Shown piece after piece: positions 36,731-49,083 of a DNA stretch of 64,000 nucleotides. The DNA comes from Octopus sinensis (taxonomy: Eukaryota), in the NCBI RefSeq assembly GCF_006345805.1, contig NC_043012.1, forward strand, positions 55,924,001 through 55,988,000, written 5' to 3'. Each line of letters starts with the position of its first letter. Position 1 is the stretch's first letter. A program made the position numbers and the translations under genes. Below the pieces are notes generated by a model, which saw only the letters and a list, made by a program, of their open reading frames with translations, searched no databases and was not told where the DNA came from.

Positions 36731-39700
36731 ATATCCAGAATGGATCTGTGGGCCACAGCTAGATGCTTGGCCAACTACCCAAGTGCTGTAGGGTCATCTG
36801 GTCAATCAGACTTTGACCTCAGGCTTACGCACCAATAATAACTGTCTCAGCTACCTCTACCACCCTTTAAATAAAATACTAAATTAAAAGAATTAATCTG
36901 ATCTATTAGATGCATGGGAAACTTAAGGTTTGAACAAGGAATTTATTTTTTTAAAACTGTGTGGTAAGTAAAACGAGAAGTCAGAACAGAATTAGTATGA
37001 CTAATAACTTTGCTATAAACTACAAGTCAAATACCAATATGTAGGTAAGAGTACAATACGAAAAGTCAGAAAATTTGTAGCAGACACTTATTGAAGTTGG
37101 TTTAGCCAGGTGTAGGTGGAATAGGTTATTTGGGAGCTGGTTATACAATTAAGAGAGGTAAAAAAAAGGTGGGGTGACACAAAAAAACTAAGAAATTAAT
37201 CATTTGCAGGCAAGAATTTTAAAGGAAAGAGAATTAAAACAAGTAATAATAATAATAATAACAACAACAACTTCTCCAATAGTACTCACTCTATCAGAAA
37301 CAGACTTCCACAAAATACCTTTGCAGAAAGCACAAGAAAGACAATAAAATCAATAATCACTCAATAAAGAACAATTAATCAATGGAGAAAGACACAAAGA
37401 ATTAATCATTAGCACCAGCAGTACTAGTCAATTATGACAATTTGTTTAATTTGGTGACAAAAAAATAAAAAAAGGAAAAGGAAATTGGTACAAAAACATA
37501 CACAAAAAACCTCAAACAAATCTCAACTGTTTATTTTCATACCTTAATTTTTTTTCTTGCATTCATTCAGACATTCCAAGTTACAAATGTGGAGAAGATG
37601 AGTGATGGTCATCAAAATGATGTTTATTCATTCGGGGTGAGGAGATGGGTGGGTAGATGAAAACCTTTCACCACTACCACCACCGCTGCCAACACGCAAG
37701 CATAACCAAATCAAATCAAATCAGACCGATTCCAACCATTCTTTTTACATGTTAACGCATCACCAAATTCTGATATTCTTAGAATGTGTGTGTGTGGAAA
37801 GAGGGCACTAATCTTAAACAACAGGAAATTTTAAGTGTATGGATGAAATAGTGAAAGGTGGAGAAATAGGGAAGGAAAATTAATTCATATTCATCACACA
37901 CACACTACAGATTAATTATTATCATTAATATTATTATTAGTAGTATCATCATCATCATTAAAGAGAAAGTTGTTAAGTATAAACAAGTAGTCTATAAACA
38001 ATATATAGAAAAATCTATACACATACCATACACATATATACATAAATATTTATATACATACATTAAGTACATATACATATATACATATACATACAGTTTT
38101 AATGTTAATATAATTATACAATCATTCAGCATTAATGTTTCTTTTTTTGTTTTTGCATTTAAAAGTGTGTGTATGCAAATTACATGTAAATGGCACTTAC
38201 ACAATTAAAGAAGTGTGTGTTGGAGATATGTAGGAGTGTATTTGTGTATGCGTGACAGAGATAGAGAGAATAGGTGTGTGCATGCACATATAAAAGGAAT
38301 GTGTGTGTGTGTGTCATAAGTCTTTCATAAGCCTACAGGCCTATCCAGGCTGAAGCACACCCCTTGTTTCTATGGCGAGTAACTATGAGTACAATACTCT
38401 CCTCTGAACAAGATGCCAGATTGTGTGAGGGTTAGCCACTTCAGTTATTGTCGGTGGTACTTATTCATGGCCAAGTGGACTGGAACACTGAAATGACGTG
38501 CTTTGCTCAAGAAAGCCAATGTCTCAACCAGTCTGGGAATCAAAACCATGACCTTTCAATCACAAGCCCAACTCCTTTACGACTAAGCCAATATGTTGGT
38601 TGGTTTTTGAATCCTTGAGAAATTTGAAAATGAATCTTTTGAAGAAGTTGTTAAAATTCTCACTGCTTCAACACAAACCAAACCAAACATACGTGATACA
38701 CCCCACCCACCAAAAAACATGTACACACACAAAGTAACATTTCCTATATATTTATATATATATGTGTATATATGTGTGTGTGTGCAATGTTATATTACAT
38801 ATACTGCTGACTTAGGTGACAGTCTCTTAATTAGATAACAAAAAAAAACAATAATAACCTGAGAATGCTTAGGCATGAAATGATAACATTTCAACAACAG
38901 ACTGGGAAAAATGAAATTTTTTAAAAAAAGGATTAAAGAGGAACCAATCGAAATGGGAAAATTTAAGGAAAGAGGGGAAAGAGAAAAAAAAAAAAAAAAA
39001 ACAGGAATTAAGTGCCGGCACAAAGCAAAAACTCCATTGTAATCAGAGACAAAAATTCAATTTTTACATTAAATTTTACTTCCATGTGTATGTATATATA
39101 TATTTCATATCTACAAAAAAAGAAAAAAAAAAAAGGAAAAAAGAAAGCAATATATATAAGACTTTTTACAGTTAGTTTTTGTTCAGCTCGCTTATTCTAA
39201 TTCTAGGCTGCAAAGGTGGTCATCATACTGAGAAGAAGTTAAATTAAATTAGATTAAATTAAAATATAATCTTGCATAGTAGTTAATGGGGGGTGGGCAT
39301 TGAGGGTGGAGGGGAAGGGTAGATGGGCAAATGTTTCTGAATAGATTTTATTAGTCATTTTCTAAATGTTTTTATTCCTTAATTATTATATTTTATTAAA
39401 AATAAATAAATATATACATATTTAAAATAAATAAAAGATAGTAGCTACAAATAAAATTTTTAAAAAAACAAGAAAAACAAAAAATATCTTTAATAGGAGA
39501 AAAAAAAGATTTGAAAGGTATGGGTGGGCGGGTGGTTGGGAGAGAGGGAGGGAGGTAATGTTTCTTCAGATTTTAGTATTTGTTAATTTTTAATTACTAC
39601 CTTTGAAAGTAAACATTTCGTTATATTAAAATAAATATACAAACAGATCAATCAGAAGGAAGAAAAAAAATGTTTTTTAAAAAAATTTAATTACTTTTTT

Positions 39701-40055
39701 TTTAATTCGAAATTAAAACCAATTTTCCAAGTGAAAGCTTTAGTTCTTTTTTTTTTGACTTTTCATTTTCTTTTTTTTTTTCCATTTACACAGAGGCATA
39801 GCTGAGAAATGATGGATTAATTTAACAGACTTTTCCACCTCCCCCCCAACAAAACATGAAATAAAATAGAAGTGTGTTAATTTTAGCACCCTGAACTCAG
39901 CAGTTATATACATACATACATACAAATATACATACATACAAATATATATATATACACACATATATATATGTATATATATATATACACGTCTGTGAGAATA
40001 TATATATATATATTCAGTCACACAGACATGCATATAATTGTATATCATTATATGC

Positions 40056-40090
<35 letters not shown>

Positions 40091-41344
40091 CATAAATAGA
40101 CCAGTATATACAAATACATAAATATATACAAATACACACAGATTCACATTACACATCATTACACACACACACGCATACATATATACATATTCACTGACAT
40201 ACACACACATACAGCACAAGCACATATAATCATGTGTAGTAATAAATATATATATATATATGTATATATATATACATACACACACACATGTATGCATGTA
40301 AGTATACATGTATATGTGTCCAAAGAAAATGTATGTGTAGGTTTATGTATACAAGAGAGAGAGAGAGAAGAGGAGAGGAGAGAAAGAGAAGAAAATGGGA
40401 GACTTAGTAATAACATCTCAACTATAGGCAAATATATTAGCATGATGAACAGCAATTGTTAGCACCTGATAGAAACAGGTAAGGTAGATGACAATGTCAC
40501 AGACATAGGGGATCCAAGAATCCTAGCAGGAGTGAACAAGACTGGAGATGGTCAGGTGAAAATAAAAGGAATCTGAAGTTATGTAATGCAATAAATGGTC
40601 CCTGTTTTAGCAAGTCATATAAAATACTTCAACCAAGGAGGACAGACAACATTTCTTCTATTTGGGGGGGGGTTTTTGTGGCTGGAAGATAACAAGAAAG
40701 CTCTCTATATAACTATCATTCTTTGAATAGATCAGTTCCTTCAAAGAGAGAAAGGTAGCTGGTCTGATTTCACAGTTGATCCAGCAGTTCAGTAATGATG
40801 AGAAAGAGAGAATGAGCATATGCGTGCATGTGCGTGCACGCGCACGTGCAGGCCTGAGATCACCTAACAGTTTAAAAGAAAGTGTCTCTAAGTGTCTGGA
40901 ATAAGCTGCTTATACAACTGAATTTTTCAGAGATTCTATGCACATATCCAGGGAGGCTGGTAGAGGTACCCTAAAAAAATTATATTGTAGTTTATACCTT
41001 TTGCAGAGAATCGGTAAAGGGACTGAGCCAAAAATAAAATAAGCATTAAGTAGATTCTTCCATGAAACAGATTCTTCCACCTTCTGTGCCCTAAAGAAGT
41101 TGGAAACTAGATGAGCTGGGCATTCAAGGATATTACAACTTACACCAAAGATATTCATATGTGGTGTGTGAAATTGTTCATTGGTAGAGTAAGCATTTTT
41201 TTTATTTTGCACTCACGAAATGACAGAACAGATGGAAATATAGTTGCTGTCCTTCCTTTTGAATGTATATTATTATGGCTAATGTGTCCTCACATAGGAA
41301 ATGTAATTCAATTATATGCTTTACTGCATAAATGCCCATGACTC

Positions 41345-41381
<37 letters not shown>

Positions 41382-41825
41382 TGAGCGAGAGATACAGATA
41401 TGTATACACAAATGGTATATATAAATAAATATATATATATATATTTATATATAATGTAGACACACAGTATGTGTATATATGGACAGATACAGGGCATAGA
41501 TGCATCAACAAAAAGATAAGCTCTAAAGTTTAATAGCTAAAGTGACTAACGGCTTAAATATACGAGGTCACCTTGAGAGTGAGTGAAAGAATGGGTGGGT
41601 AAGTGAATGAGAGAAAGAGAAAGAGAGAAACTGAAAGAGAATGAGTGAGAGTGAGGAAGTGAGAATCACAAACAGTTCACTGAGTAGACTGCACATTTGC
41701 ACAGATATCAAATACACAGACATACAGGATGTTATTTTAGAAGATACTCGGTTTTATTACAGTTAAAATAGTTCTGGTTTATTTGACGTTTATGTATATG
41801 AGAGAGAGAGAGATAGAGAAGTGAT

Positions 41826-41859
<34 letters not shown>

Positions 41860-42173
41860 GTGAGAGAGAACTTGTCAAAGCTCTCCCTAGCTGTGTTAAG
41901 GCCATTCTCAATGAAGTAATAATTTACAAGTCATCTTGGTACATACAGTAGTTACTAGTAGTTTTGAAACAAAATAAAACCAGTGAACTATAACACCCAA
42001 TTGTCCTTGGTTGGTTTATTTATTTATTGATTTGTTTGTTTGCTTGCTTGTTTTTCTTTCTTTCTTTCAGTCATTCCAATGGCCACCGGGGAGGAACAAA
42101 AATCTAGTCAAAGTATTTTCTAGATGTTTTGATTTATTTAAATCTTAAATCTCTCCCTGGAGAATTGAGATTA

Positions 42174-42305
42174 TCAGGCTGCTGTGTCTGGATCGAGCCA
42201 ATTTAGTTCAGATGAGGTTGCCGTGATTTCTTCTAATGTGGGGTAAAAGGCTATCAAGATCGCAAATAGCAGAATCAACAGAGGAATGCTGGAGATGAAT
42301 GACAG
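42174..42305 (-). CDS. SLMAP: SLMAP-like last coding exon: tail-anchor transmembrane helix plus acidic tail (LSFISSIPLLILLFAILIAFYPTLEEITATSSELNWLDPDTAA*)
   Basis: gttctcttgcag acceptor, phase 0; ~20 hydrophobic residues; TGA at 42174-42176; coil plus terminal TM is the SLMAP architecture. Confidence 0.85.
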   Translation of the reverse strand: MSFISSIPLLILLFAILIAFYPTLEEITATSSELNWLDPDTAA

Positions 42306-42554
42306 CTGCAAGAGAACAAAGATCATAGTCAGTGAAGGGTCAATGGAACTGCACAAAAATATCTACTATTTCTTATATGCTATGCTAGCTAGTTCCACAG
42401 AATATTGAATTCTTCATTCTTTCAATACACATGAATTAAAAAGAATTTTTAAAATTTAACATAAAACATAGATGAAATTCTCTCTGGGAAATAACTGAGC
42501 AGGTGTAGGGTAGTTGAAAGATAGTGAAGCCTAAAGAATTGTGCATGTGTGTTA

Positions 42555-42771
42555 TACGAAGGGGTGCCGAAAAGTTCCTGGCTTTAAGGTTATTGTGAAA
42601 GGCCTGGTTGGAGGCCCAACCTTCCAAGTTCTCTCACAGGGCTTAGAAAAACTGAAGGACCACTGCAGTATGTGTGTGAATCTGTGAGGGGAACATGTTG
42701 AATAGAATCATAATTAACTGATCATTCTGTATTTTATTTTACCCAAATCCAGGAACTTTGCAGCACCCCTC

Positions 42772-42775
<4 letters not shown>
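42555..42775 (+). mobile_element. Mariner-derived MITE
   Basis: TIRs tacgaaggggtgccgaaaagttcctgg / ccaggaactttgcagcacccctcttg; the interior reads like a decayed mariner C-terminus (EKLKDHCSMCVNL*GEHVE*). Confidence 0.75.
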
Positions 42776-42820
<45 letters not shown>

Positions 42821-43681
42821 CATGTGTGTGTGTGTGTGTAAGGCACAGGTATGACTGTGATTAAGAAGTTCATTTTTCAAACATATGGGATATTTTCAGA
42901 CCCACTGTGTAGCACTTTAAGCAAGTTTTTTCTATTCTATTATAGTCCCAAGCTGACTAAAACCTTGTGAGAGGACTTGTTAGATGGAAACTGACAGAAG
43001 CCCATTTCTGTAAAAACATGTCTGGCCAAGAGGAAAAGTGAATGTTAAAACAAGGATAATGATTTTTTTTTAAATTTTTATTTTATTTATTTTTTATTTT
43101 ATCTAGTCTCAGTTCACGAGCTGTGGCCATGCTGGGGCACCGCCATTTAGTGTTGCTACATGATTTTACTTCACGAATGCTTTTTAGCAATTGCCATTTG
43201 GTGCATGAGAGAGTTCGATGCAGCTGCCCTCATCTGCACCTTCTGCCGTGAAATTGGTTCACCTGGGATGTATCTATCTATATATATATATATATCTCTT
43301 ATCATCATTTAATGTGTCTTCTATGCTGGGTGGGGATGGCAAGCTGGAGAGCGGTATCAAATATTTCCTGGCTTTGAATCACAAAAGGATACAGTTTTTG
43401 TTCAGAAAAATACCATCCATGATTTTAAAGCTTAACATCTGAGAAAACTCAGCAGGTTTTACTATTGTCTCAGAGAAGAGAGAGAAAGAAAAGTTGGGGC
43501 ACAAGATTGCTGTTGTTGTTTAGCTGTAATCATTTAATCTTTTTCCTATGTGAAGAAAACCCAGAATCACATTACCCAATGTGTATTTTTTCTACGATGG
43601 TGTACTGTGATTTGAACATATAATATGCAGCCATTTCTAGCAGACTGACTGACCACTTCTTTGATATTACAGTGAGTGTAA

Positions 43682-44300
43682 CTTTGTGCTGTTGAAAGAG
43701 ACAAGACTCATCACGTCCACCTTTGAGAACATCTCTTGCAGTCTCTGTGCATGGAGGCAGTGCAGGTTTTTCTGAGATGTCTAGGATGTGTGAATGATTC
43801 TTGAGTGACCGATGTTAAAGAGGATTGATGAGTGGTTATCATCTTTGTATGAGTTGTTAGAAACCTTTGACAGCCAGGTCATTGACAGACAGAAGGAAGA
43901 TAGGGGCACACCAGTGATGATAGAGTGCTAATTAGAGAACACCTGCTAATGCACACTTAATTGGCGTGATCTGAGGAAGCATCTAATCTTGAAAAAAAGA
44001 AGATAGCTAGTGCTCATAAACAGGCAAGAAGATTCTAATGCCAGACACAGTAAAATCCTTTGCTGATGCCAGATTTCTAAGAAGCCAGTGTTGGATGGAA
44101 AAGGAGAGAAGGACCCTAATAATCTGAATTTATGAAAGTTGTGCTTGTAGTTTTATATGGAGAGAGAGAGGGATTCAAGTTGTTGGAGAAAGAGGTTAAC
44201 TGGTTAGGAGCAAAAGGTTGATAATCAGAAAGATTGTTTTCATGGGAACGGGAGACACTCCGCCAGATTTCCAAAGATGAGGATACACAAGTAATTTGGG
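43682..44300 (-). mobile_element. Older LINE reverse-transcriptase fragment of similar type
   Basis: Minus translation fragments VYPHLWKSGGVSPVP, SDYQPFA, PIFLLSVNDL, SYKDD, LVSFNSTK. Confidence 0.6.
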
Positions 44301-44342
44301 ATAGTTTTTTTTTAAATAGCTGTAATTTTTTTTCTATTTATT

Positions 44343-44735
44343 GATATACTAAGCACAGGTACAGCTGTAAGGTTAAAAAAACCTAGCTTTGCAACAACAT
44401 GGTGTCAGGTTCAGTCCATTAGAACAACACCTTGGGTAAGTGTCTTCTACTATAGCCTTGAGTTGATCAATTGCTTGTGGGTGAATTTGGCAGGCAGATT
44501 ATTGTGTGGAAGCCTGTTGCATGCATGTATGCATCTGGGTCTATCCACTCAAACTGCTTGACAACTGGTGTTTGCTTTGTTTTCATATCCCCATAACCTA
44601 GCGGTTTCAGCAAAAAAGACCCAAGTATGAGTACCAGACCTCAAAAAAAAAAAAAGGTACTTGTTTCTATTTATTCAACTAAACCCGTCATGGTGATGCC
44701 CTAGCATGACTACAGTCAAATGACTGAAACGATAA
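44343..44735 (+). mobile_element. Diverged SINE family A
   Basis: Head caggtacagctgtaagg, ccttgggtaagtgtc, tail cagtcaaatgactgaaac. Confidence 0.7.
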
Positions 44736-45205
44736 AGACATTAAGCTAGCATTGGGAATGCAACTATATATAAAGGCAGATTTTTACAAACTCAAAGCCC
44801 ACATCCTTATTTTGATTACTGGTTTAATTTAAATAACTGTTTAACACATAGTTTTGACCAGGTTGGTAACAAAGAATGTAAGGCATGTGTATGGAGGTCT
44901 TTGGAATAAAAGTGTCAAACAGCTTAAATAATGGAAGAAATAAAACAAAATGCTATTCAGTGACATGTAAAAGTGCCTGTGCAATGCCATGTAAAAGCGC
45001 CCATGTGGTGTCACATAAATGCACCCAGTACACACTGTAAAGTAGTTGGCGTTAGGAAGAGCATCCAGCCATAGAAACCCTGCAAAATCAGACTGGAGTC
45101 TGATGCAGCCCACCAGCTTTGGTCAAACTGTCCAACCCATGCCAACATGGACAACAGATGTTAAATCATAATGATGATGATGACAATATAAGAAATAAGA
45201 CTCAC

Positions 45206-45340
45206 CAATTTACTTTTGTCCCTGAGATATTGGTAGTCTTCCAGCATACTGCTTAGTTCTTCACGAAGACTGCGAACTTCATCGGTGTACTTATCGCACT
45301 TCACAGTAAGGTCACTCACTAAATCTTTGGTTTGCCCCGT
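45206..45340 (-). CDS. SLMAP: SLMAP-like penultimate coding exon (TGQTKDLVSDLTVKCDKYTDEVRSLREELSSMLEDYQYLRDKSKL)
   Basis: ttcttttcag acceptor, TTG|gtgagt donor; 135 bp, phase 0-0; resembles the pre-TM coil of human SLMAP as recalled (KTQTVLSELKLK...LREKG). Confidence 0.9.
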
Positions 45341-46179
45341 CTGAAAAGAATAACACCACATGGTAACGTTAAAGGTAGTTACATCAAAGAGAATTTTCAA
45401 ACAAGATTTCATCAAAAGTCAGTAAACGGTGTTTATGTGTGTAGGTGATGGTCAGAATTGGACAGGTCAGTTGTAGACAGAACAGTTCAAGCTGTGTCCC
45501 TGGTACTGAGGACAAGTCAAGTCAATTTAACTCATGGATAGTACAGTCAAGCCAGTTATAAATGGGTAATGACAACAGAAGCACTGTATGATTTGCGAAA
45601 TGTTTAGTTCATTAGTTACAGGGTTTAGTTCAAATATTCTAATTTTGGCACAGGGCCAGTAATTTTGAGGAGAGTGGGAAAGTTGATTACTTTCTCCCTG
45701 GTGCATAACTGGTACTTATTTTATCAACAATGATTCTGCCAGCTTACTGCTTTGAGATGCGCTGGCAGAATCATTTCTGCGTTTAGTTCAAATATTGATG
45801 TCTAATATAGGCAAAAGGACTAGAATCTAGGGTAGTGAGGGAAATGAAATACTTGATTACACTGACCCCCACTTTCCACAGTAATTGATGGTACTTTAAA
45901 TTTGACCTCAGTAATTGATGGTACTTTAAATTTGAAAGGTGAAGTTGACCTCAGCAAAATTTGAACTTGGAAAATAAACTAACAAAAACAAAAATAAATA
46001 AATAAAATGCAAGATGTATTTTGTCTGACACTATAACAGCCCTATCTGGAAAAGAATGAATGGGTTCCACCAAATTGATTTGGGGCCTGTTAGAAGAAGC
46101 AACTAAATCTCCCTCACATTACACCCTACCATTTATAAAGAAATGTGAAATGGGACACAATTATTTAAGTAATCATAGT

Positions 46180-46390
46180 TTCAAATTTTGGCATAAGGTC
46201 AGCAGTTTTGGGGGATGGGGGCAAGATTACATCAACTGCAGAGCTCAAATGGTTTTTATTTTATCAACCTTGAAAGGATGAAAGGCAAAGCTGTCCTCAA
46301 CAGAATTTGAACTCAGAATGTAAGTACAAACGAAATGTCACTAAGCATTTTGTCCAGCATACAAACAATTCTGCCAGCTTTCCACCTTTA
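46180..46390 (-). mobile_element. Diverged SINE family B
   Basis: aaggatgaaaggcaaagctgtcctcaacagaatttgaactcagaa. Confidence 0.75.
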
Positions 46391-46709
46391 ACTTAAGTAA
46401 TCATAAACAGAACAGCTCTGGATCACAGGTCTACTCCATCAAAGTGGACCTGGGGATAAACAGCAGCAACAACTAAATAGTTACTGTATGAAGATGAAAC
46501 CATTAGTGGTACCCCACCACCTGGCGCTTAGATGCCTTTCATGATAAGCATTCAGGCCTGACTTGATAATTTCCTACCAACAGTCTGGGAGACTTTGAAA
46601 AGGAACATAGGTGCCACCTCTCCTCTTTTGTGTTGGGGTCAAGAAGTACATCCAGTACCTACATAGGTTTCGGTCTGAACCCACTGCATGACACTTTTAG
46701 CAAGAATCT

Positions 46710-46962
46710 TCCACTATAATCTGAAGTTGACCAAAGCTTTGTGTGAAAGCCCATTATTTATGTTGCCAGTACTGCCTAACTGGCCCTTGTGCCAGTGGCA
46801 CGTAAAAGCACCCACTACATTTTCGGAGTGGTTGGCATTAGGAAAGGCATCCAGCTGTAGAAACTCTGCCAGATCAGATTGGAGTCTGGTGCAGCCATCT
46901 GGTTCGCCAGACCTCAGTCAAATCGTCTAACCCATGCTAGCATGGAAAGCGGACGTTAAACG

Positions 46963-46965
<3 letters not shown>
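46710..46965 (+). mobile_element. SINE family E (ggcattaggaaaggcatccagc ... catggaaagcggacgttaaacgat)
   Basis: Other copies at 44960-45185, 54590-54770 (-), 58655-58940, 60905-61060 (-) and 63590-63715; (GAT)n tails. Confidence 0.8.
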
Positions 46966-47051
<86 letters not shown>

Positions 47052-47904
47052 ACACACACACATGCATGCATGCATACATACATACATGGTTTCAATTCCT
47101 GGACTGGGTGGTGCGTTGTGTTCTTGAGCAAAACACTTCATCTCACATTGCTCAGCAATCACTTCAACACCCGACACGTGATACACAGTGCACCTGTTCA
47201 GGCAACACCAATTTGATGGAATGAGGTGAGCCAATGTACAGCACATACATTTGATCACAATAAACAACAAATCATTTGTGCAGGCCGTTTGGCAAATGTT
47301 GAACTCTCACATACCATCTTCAATAGGAGAATCTATCTTGTACACATACACAGAGTATATTTGGGTGCCTGTCCTAATGTTGACACCACTTAAAAAAAAC
47401 ATTGTATGTGTTTATGACCTATACTTAGTGGTGCAGCAAATAGTGATCACTAAAGTAAGTACCAGGTTCAATATAAACTAAAATCCTTCAAAGTGGTGCC
47501 CCAACATGGCCACAAACTAACAACTAAAAGAGTCAAACACACACACACACACAGAAGAACAGGCATGGTTGTATGCTTAAGAAGCTTCCTTCTCAGCCAT
47601 GTAGACTCAGGGTTCAGTCTCACTGCATGGCACCTCAGGCATGACGTTTTGTACTAGAGCCCTGGGCAAACCAAAGCCTTGTGAGTGGATCTGGTAGATC
47701 CACTATAGAAAAAGCCCATTACATGTGTGTGTGTGTACGTGTTCACATTTTCATGTTTGTCACACCAAATAACAATTGGCGTCAGTTTGGTAATGCCCCC
47801 ACCCCACTCCTAACTTGGGGTTAATCTGATTGACTACAGGTAGTGTCCAACCACGGCTGCAGTCCAATGACTGAAATCAGTAACATGTAAAAGTGTATGT
47901 CCGG

Positions 47905-48110
47905 CACTAGTTGCCATGATAGATCGTTAGCCACTACACACATTTTTTTCTCTCCTTGTTTTTTCTGTGTCCCTAACTGTAGAAGAGCGTAGGCTCGAAA
48001 CGTAAAAGACTTTTTCTATTCCTGAGCGTTATACTAATACATTTGTTTGTTTTGTACACTAGCTGACTTTGTCTTGTTTTTTTCGTAAACTCTCCCTCTC
48101 TCTCTCTCTA
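47905..48110 (+). mobile_element. Penelope-like short element (subfamily 1) with degenerate hammerhead-like motif 47977-48008
   Basis: CTGTAGA A GAGC gtag GCTC GAAAC GTA; 3' end runs into (CT)n(TA)n. Confidence 0.6.
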
Positions 48111-48727
48111 TATATATATATATGCACACACACACTCAGCCAGCATGGTCATAACTGAAGACCTAGTTTCACTAAATCTTCACACAATATAACTCTGTGT
48201 AGTGTACACCATGCCAAGACATACTAACACATAAGGAAGGCGGCCAAATGAATTAAAACCACACACACACACACACAAGCAGTTGTAACATATTCCCCTA
48301 TTGCTTAAGATAATGGAACAAATATATACAAATATATGCTAATGTTTGTTTTTATGTTCAAAACGTAATATAATAAAAAACAATTTTACACTAATCTGAT
48401 GGGTTACTCTGTACTCTTGTAGAGTAAAAATTTATTATTCTTAAACAAGAGTATTGTTTGAAACTTCGAAGTCACAGTCACATTTGTCCCACTGATTGTT
48501 TCACCTCTTTGTATGAAACACATATACAGTTTGCGTAAGGACAGACTTAATTTCACTAAATCTTTACTCGTTACAACTTGTATATGCTGTAAGATACTCA
48601 TATAAAAACAAGGAGACCAACTAAACTCTCACTCACACACACACAAAAAGGAAAATGGCCCAGTGGTTAGCGCGTTGCATTCACAATCACAAGGTCATGG
48701 TTTAACCCTTTAGCATTCAGATTACTT

Positions 48728-48924
48728 AACTCTCTTTTACTGGTTTCAGTCATTTGACTGTGGCCATGCTGGAGCACCGCATTTAGTCGAGCAAATTGAC
48801 CCCAGGACATTCTTTGTAAGCCTAGTACTTATTCTATCAGTCCCTTTTGCTGAACTGATAAGTTACGGGGAAGTAAACACATCAGCATCAGTTGCCAAAT
48901 GATGTTGGGGGGACAAACACAAAC

Positions 48925-48971
<47 letters not shown>

Positions 48972-49083
48972 TACACATGATGGGCTTCTTTCAGTTTCTG
49001 TCTACCAAATTCACTCACAAGGCTTTGGTCGGCCCGAGGCTATAGTAGAAGACACTTGCCCAAGGTGCCACACAGCCACTCCT
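48728..49083 (-). mobile_element. SINE family A
   Basis: Collinear with the other copies. Confidence 0.88.

Larger units (their letters stand above)
31180..42173 (-). other. Possible very long 3' UTR / downstream transcribed region of SLMAP
   Basis: U-rich on the minus strand; no intact family-A SINE found across ~11 kb; AATAAA on minus at 31201-31206. Earlier AATAAA sites exist (e.g. ~42015), so the true end is unknown. Confidence 0.3.
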
